From: Eledone cirrhosa
Lineage: Eukaryota
Direction: 5' to 3'
NCBI GenBank assembly: GCA_964016885.1
Contig: OZ024751.1
Span: 36,270,001 to 36,334,000, forward strand
Length of the DNA: 64,000 nt
Part shown: piece by piece, positions 57,505 to 64,000 of the stretch
How positions within the stretch are numbered: position 1 is the stretch's first letter
Layout of the letters: each line of letters opens with the position of its first letter
Program-made: the position numbers and the translations under genes
Notes under the pieces: generated by a model
Databases searched by the model: none
What the model saw: only the letters and a program-made list of their open reading frames with translations
Told to the model about the DNA's origin: nothing

Positions 57505-58012
57505 TTACCACATTCTGAGAAGTGCTATGAGCATAAGCCAGAGTCGGTGATAGAAAACGATCAGGTGAAGGTGCTGTGGGATTTTAGGATACAGACGGAC
57601 AAGAAACTGGAACACAATAGACCTGACCTGGTGGTTTTGGACAAGGAAAAAAGATCGTGCCTGATTGTGGATGTGGCCTGCCCATTCGACACGAGAGTGC
57701 AAGAGAAGGAGAGGAAGAAAATTAACCGATACCAGGACTTAAAGTGAGAGGTAAAAAGGATTTGGAACTGCCATGAAGTCAAAGTGGTCCCGTTTATCAT
57801 AGGCGCACTAGGTACTATCTCAAAACGTTTCCAGGGATGGTTAAAGAAAATTGGCCCCGCCACGCTTTTTGGAACGCTTCAAAAGGCATGCTTGCTGGGA
57901 ACAGCAAGAACGCTCCGATACGTCCTGAATATCTGAGGCTGCAGGTAGTGGCTATATATTCATTTCAACAAACTTTCCAGTTAACTAACATCAATAACTG
58001 AGACTCAAAGAA
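57505..58012 (+). mobile_element. 5'-truncated Dong-like copy (RLE domain plus 3' UTR) inserted in (AAT)n
   Basis: Reads LPHSEKCYEHKPESVIENDQVKVLWDFRIQTDKKLEHNRPDL...RYQDLK* (TGG>TGA). (AAT)n lies upstream (~57376-57504) and downstream (~58013-58041). Confidence 0.92.
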
Positions 58013-58229
58013 CAATAATAATAATAATAATAATAATAATATTTAAAAAAATTTAAAAGAAAATGTTAAGAAATGTGAGAAAAAGATCCCACAAAATGGA
58101 AAATTTCCTCTCCCTAATATCTCGTAACTTCCTATTTCCTGTCTAACATATCCCTTAAAGAATTATGCTCCGCAATAAATTCTTTATTTTTAATATTTAT
58201 ATATTATATTATATTATATTATATTATAT

Positions 58230-58284
<55 letters not shown>

Positions 58285-58675
58285 TTTTTATGCATTTTTT
58301 ATATATGCTTATTGTGTATATATTTTTATATTTTGGTATATATATATATATATATATATATATAATCTTTACTTTTGAATTTTTTTCATTCATTGAAAAA
58401 CTTGAAATATTTTAGAAAACTTCAAGATATTTGTTGTCGAATTTTTTTATATTTTTATTTATTTATTCATTGATATATTTATTTTTATATAAATTTATTT
58501 GTTTATTAAGTTTTCCTAATTCTCGTGAAATCCGATGATATCGGTTAGAAAATAAATTTCTGACCTAAATAACATGTATATATAACACCACCACAGATAG
58601 AATCAATAATCTTAAGACGTAAAAAAATTTTAAGAAACATGGAAATAATTATATATATATATATGTATATATGTT

Positions 58676-58749
<74 letters not shown>

Positions 58750-58763
58750 TATATATATATATA

Positions 58764-58841
<78 letters not shown>

Positions 58842-59076
58842 CGAGAGTGTGTGCGTGTAATCGAAATTCTATTTCGTTTGTATATATTTTTTTATTCAGA
58901 AAATTTGTTTAAATTTCTTTTCTACAAATTTGCTTTAAATTCATCGTTTATTATTATTATTGCTGTTGTTATTATTATTATCATTATTAGTCGCAGTATA
59001 TACATATATATATATATATATATATACATAGAGAGAGAGAGTTAGATAGATAGTTAGATAATTAGATGTAGATATA

Positions 59077-59146
<70 letters not shown>

Positions 59147-59204
59147 AGCATTATAATATATATATAAGTATATATCTATATATATTTGTATATATATACA
59201 TATA

Positions 59205-59242
<38 letters not shown>

Positions 59243-59349
59243 TATATATATAAAAATATATATATATATTAAATATAAATTTCTGGAAATTTTTTCTAGT
59301 GATGAAAACATTGGTTCTTAGATATGAACTGGAAAAAATAAATAATGAC

Positions 59350-59409
<60 letters not shown>

Positions 59410-62369
59410 TACTAAATTGAAAATTAAGTAATACAAGAACATGAGATGAAAGCAAATTTATAATGTAATTCTATTTATCATTTCATTTTTTTTTTATATT
59501 TTCTAATATTTGTCTTCTCATTATATTTCATTATTTTTTAATTATCTTCATTTTATTTATATTTTTATTTTATTTTTTTTTCCTAGAATTCATCAAAACG
59601 AAAGTTTCTTTTCCTGTGTTTTGATGTTGTTGTTTTTTTAAATATATCTGAGATAAAGCACTACATATCTAATTAAGTGTTGTTAGTAGTAGCAGTAGTG
59701 ATTACTTATATACAAATGAATCTGGAGTTATTTAGGAGAAATAAATCTGAAAGAAATTGATGTTATCAAATATTTTATCAACGGGGTGCCTGTCTGTATA
59801 TGCTAGATAGACATGCTAGAAATAACAGCTATATATCTATCAAATCACTCAGATTATCTAAAGGGTTTTAGATAAGCTCAGTGGGATTTCAGTCAGACCT
59901 TAACAATAAAGTTTAAACACAAGCTCGGAAGCTCATCAGTCTGGTGCCTATCCCAGTTTCTGTGGCATGGAGTGAGAGTACAAGACTCCTCCCTGGACAG
60001 GACGCCAGTCCATTGCATTGTTGAACTCCCCCACTACTACTGGGACTCATTTTCAGTTCAGTATAAGTTCATTTTTAATGTGATATATATTTCTCCTCTT
60101 CAAATAGTGTCCTTATTTCGAAACTATTTATATGAAACACTATGCTAATAACTTGATGTGTGGAATTCAGTGTATTTATGATGGTATATTTATATGAATA
60201 TTTGTATTATACACCTAGTAGCGGTTTCACAGGGTTAGATATCAAAAGGGTTAAATTATAATCATAAAGGAGCCATATATGTTAATCTCATTCATTTTAA
60301 ATCCTTGACGATACAATCATCGACACTACTTTTGTTATTCACTACTCTCATATGAAGAAACATCACTTCCCATCATTACTTCAAGTTACTTCAGTGATTC
60401 CATTGTTAAAGATGTTATGATCTACATTGGTTTTCTTATCAGTCATTTCTCTCGCACTGTGAAGAATTATTTTGCAACATTAGCCAAATTCTTCTCAATG
60501 ATTCCCACATTAAAGTTCTTATACTTTACACTACTTTTGTTTATATTTTTCCCTTATATCAAGACGAAGCAATTTTCTAACATTACTTGAAAATAATCTC
60601 TGTGAATTCCACATTAAAGTTGCTATGATCAACACATTTTTCTTACTAATTTCTCTCTTATCATGAAAAAGGTGTTTGCCCAACATTACCTGTAAATAGT
60701 CTCAGAAACTCCAACATGGTATTAGAAGAACAATTACCATCCGTGGCACCAATATTTAATTTATAGATTGAAACAAAACAACACGACTGATACATTTCCC
60801 TTTATCCAACGAAATGTAACTAAACTAGATTAATGTAATTTTCAAGCGAAAAACATCAATGTATTATTTTCTACATAGTTTCCATAGAAAATATTTTCCA
60901 TTTCCTACTCGGAACCTACGGTAAACATCACCGTAGGTCGGCTTTTTAAATCACTTGAATAAAGCACTTCAAATGAAACGAATCCTTCTCGTTGCTGAAT
61001 CAAAATAAATAAATAAAAAAAAAAGAAAAGAAAAGAAAAGATAAAAAAAATCTTATTTATATCATGAAGAATCCATTATCACATAAATGGAATTCAAACA
61101 CTTTCAGAATTTCTTTTCAAAAACGACTCTATTGCTTCTTTCATACATGATGTTTGGCACGAATTAGCAGAAATCACAGAATTTCTTTCAGGGAGGAAAT
61201 CGTGAACAAATCTTAGAATCTGAAGACTTTCACTTATTTATTTACTTATTTATTTATTTTGAATTTTATTTTTATTTTTAGACGTCATCAATCTCCTGAT
61301 GTATTGTAATACTATTATTGTATCTTCAAAGTTGCATTCTTGCTTTTCCTTATTCTTAATTACCAAACTCGATTTCTCCTTTCCCAAAATATTATGATCG
61401 GGTGTGTGTCATAGAGAGAAGTAACTAAATCTTGGCAATCCTGTTTATTCTAGTAATTCTTTAGAAAGACACACATTGTGTGGTGTTTTACTAAACCTAT
61501 GATCCTATATTGAATCATTGTTGTTTTGTCTCAGATCAACCAGGAACAAGCAAGTCTAATTAGACTAATTTTAAGCATCGAGTATTTTCGACTAAAGTCT
61601 TTAAGATGTTTCGCCGCCGTTTTAAGACGGTGGAGAATAAAATGATGATGTTTTGACTGCCAATTCTAGCATGTTTATTGACGGCTTCGAGGTTCAAGTT
61701 TCGTCCCGATGGTTTTTAATTTAACCAGATGTTGTGCCTGGGAAGTTAAAAAGACACTTATATTGACTAAACTGGAAACGGTTAAGTACGTTGGTGAAGG
61801 CTATGTATTCCACAGGCACGTATACCCAAACCGAAATTACCTGGACCTACAAATTACAGGTACAATCCAGCGGATGGGCTCTCACAGTTTCTATTAACAA
61901 AATTTCATTCACAAGAGACATTTTTCGGAAATGGTTGAGAGGGGGGGGGGGGGGTCTATCCCAAAGTTGTGATAAAAACACTTTTCAAAAATAGAACACG
62001 GAAAGCTCATGATTGCGAAACGAACACTGTTAACCACTCGGTCCAAGCTTACATCCACAAACTGCTCCTAGCAATTCATTCATGACATCACGTAAATCAC
62101 AAGAATAAATGTATGAGTGAATGTCTTCCATCTCACACCCTTTCAATTCTCCACTGAGCAATCCAACGGAACTTCCTCGCCACTTGGCTATCTTCTATAA
62201 GTGTCCATACTGTTGAAAACGTGACAAACCTGTAATAAGTTACTACCAGGCCAATAGCTTCATAAACTACACACCTCCATCATTTACTTTCTATCGACAG
62301 CTAAAGCTGTTAATGTTTCTTCTTCTTCTTCTTCTTCTTCTTCTTCTTCTTCTTCTTGGTAGTTGTAGC

Positions 62370-62447
<78 letters not shown>

Positions 62448-62502
62448 TCTTTCTTTTTTCGTCATTATTATCTTCTGGTCTTCATTAGCCTACTACCACC
62501 AT

Positions 62503-62562
<60 letters not shown>

Positions 62563-62839
62563 CATCACTACTACTATTATACTAATACTACCACTACTAC
62601 CACTATCACCAGCACTACAGTCACTATTTCAGCCACTACAACCGCATCAACATCATCAACATCATCATCAACATCAACAACATCACCATCAACATCATCA
62701 ACATCACCATCAACATCATCAACATCACCATCAACATCATCAACATCACCATCAACATCATCAACATCACCATCAACAACATCGGTAACAGAGACCATAT
62801 ATCTTCAGAAGATAAATACAATCAGAAAACTATGGAGAA

Positions 62840-63472
62840 GATTCCAGTGTGTAGATTTTGTGTGTGTAGATTTCAGTGTGTAGATGACAGTGTGTAGATT
62901 CCAGTGCGTAGATGACAGTGTGTAGATTCCAGTGCGTAGATTCTAGTGTGTAGAATCCAGTGTGTAGATCTAGTGTATAGATGGCAGTGTGTAGATCTAT
63001 TGTATAGGTGACAGTGTGTAGATGGCAGTGTGTAGATGACAGTATGTAGATTCTAGTGTGTAGATTTCAGTGTGTAGATGGCAGTATGTAGATGGCAGTG
63101 TATAGATCACAGTGTGTAGATTCCAGTGTGTAGATAACAGTATGTATATTTCAGTGTGTAGATCACAGTGTATAGATGACTGTGTAGATGACAGTATGTA
63201 GATTTCAGTGTGTAGATTCCGGTGTGAAGATTCGAGTATGTAGATGGCAGTGTGTAGATGGCAGTGTGTATATTCCAGTGTGTATATTCCAGTGTGTATA
63301 TTCCAGTGTGTAGATCACAGTATGTAGATTCCAGTGTGTAGATCACAGTATCTAGATTTCAGTGTGTAGATTCCAGTGTGTAGATTCGAGTATGTAGTTG
63401 GCAGTGTGTAGATGGCAGTGTGTATATTCCAGTGTGTAGATTCCAGTGTGTAGATTCCAGTGTGTAGATGGC
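62840..63472. repeat. 14-bp minisatellite, ~45 units
   Basis: Unit GTGTAGAT(TCC/GGC/GAC)AGT. Confidence 0.9.
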
Positions 63473-63708
63473 AATGCCAATATTTCTTTAGTCAAAAGAG
63501 ATCTTACAGAAGAAATATAATAAAAAATTCAAAATAGAGAAAGAAATAAACTGCAATTCTTTGATCTTAGTAATGAGCAGAAATTGTTTGATTAAATTAA
63601 AATTGCATTTTTTGATTTTGATAATGGAGAGTTGTCTATTTTTTAGCTATATACTTGTACTTACGTACTGGTACACTAACATACAAAGTTTATATGTGTG
63701 TATACACC

Positions 63709-63748
<40 letters not shown>

Positions 63749-63774
63749 AATAAACAATTAAGTTAAAAGTTTAG

Positions 63775-63825
<51 letters not shown>

Positions 63826-63906
63826 TCCACTCTCAAGCGTGAAACTAATATTAACATTTTGTACTCTTCGCTACCTCGTTGTTGTTTTTTTTTGTTTTTT
63901 GTTTCA

Positions 63907-63983
<77 letters not shown>

Positions 63984-64000
63984 TTTCTCCCGGGTTCATT

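Noticed and set aside
60225-60254. AAAGGGTTAA piggyBac-like terminus
   Set aside because: No matching opposite terminus was found nearby.

Overview
AT-rich, microsatellite-saturated eukaryotic DNA, intergenic or deep intronic. The SINE families and repeat style suggest a cephalopod such as octopus (inference). Almost all ORFs in the supplied track are microsatellite artefacts and no host gene can be supported. Real content: (1) a near full-length R4/Dong-clade restriction-like-endonuclease (RLE) non-LTR retrotransposon (minus strand, ~38.7-42.2 kb) interrupted by a single in-frame TAA, plus 5'-truncated copies sitting in (TAA)n tracts; (2) a different RLE element 3' fragment embedded in (ACAT)n; (3) an L1/Tx1-type 3' fragment with poly(A), older degenerate R4 RT and RLE fragments, several tRNA-derived SINEs, a non-autonomous Helitron and many minisatellites; (4) most interestingly, several short ORF-less islands inside (TA)n tracts that form fold-back inverted repeats and carry type I hammerhead ribozyme motifs (CUGANGA...GAAA-palindromic hexamer-UA). 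These are most likely Penelope-like pseudo-LTR derivatives, and one ~310-bp palindrome encodes a hammerhead on each strand.
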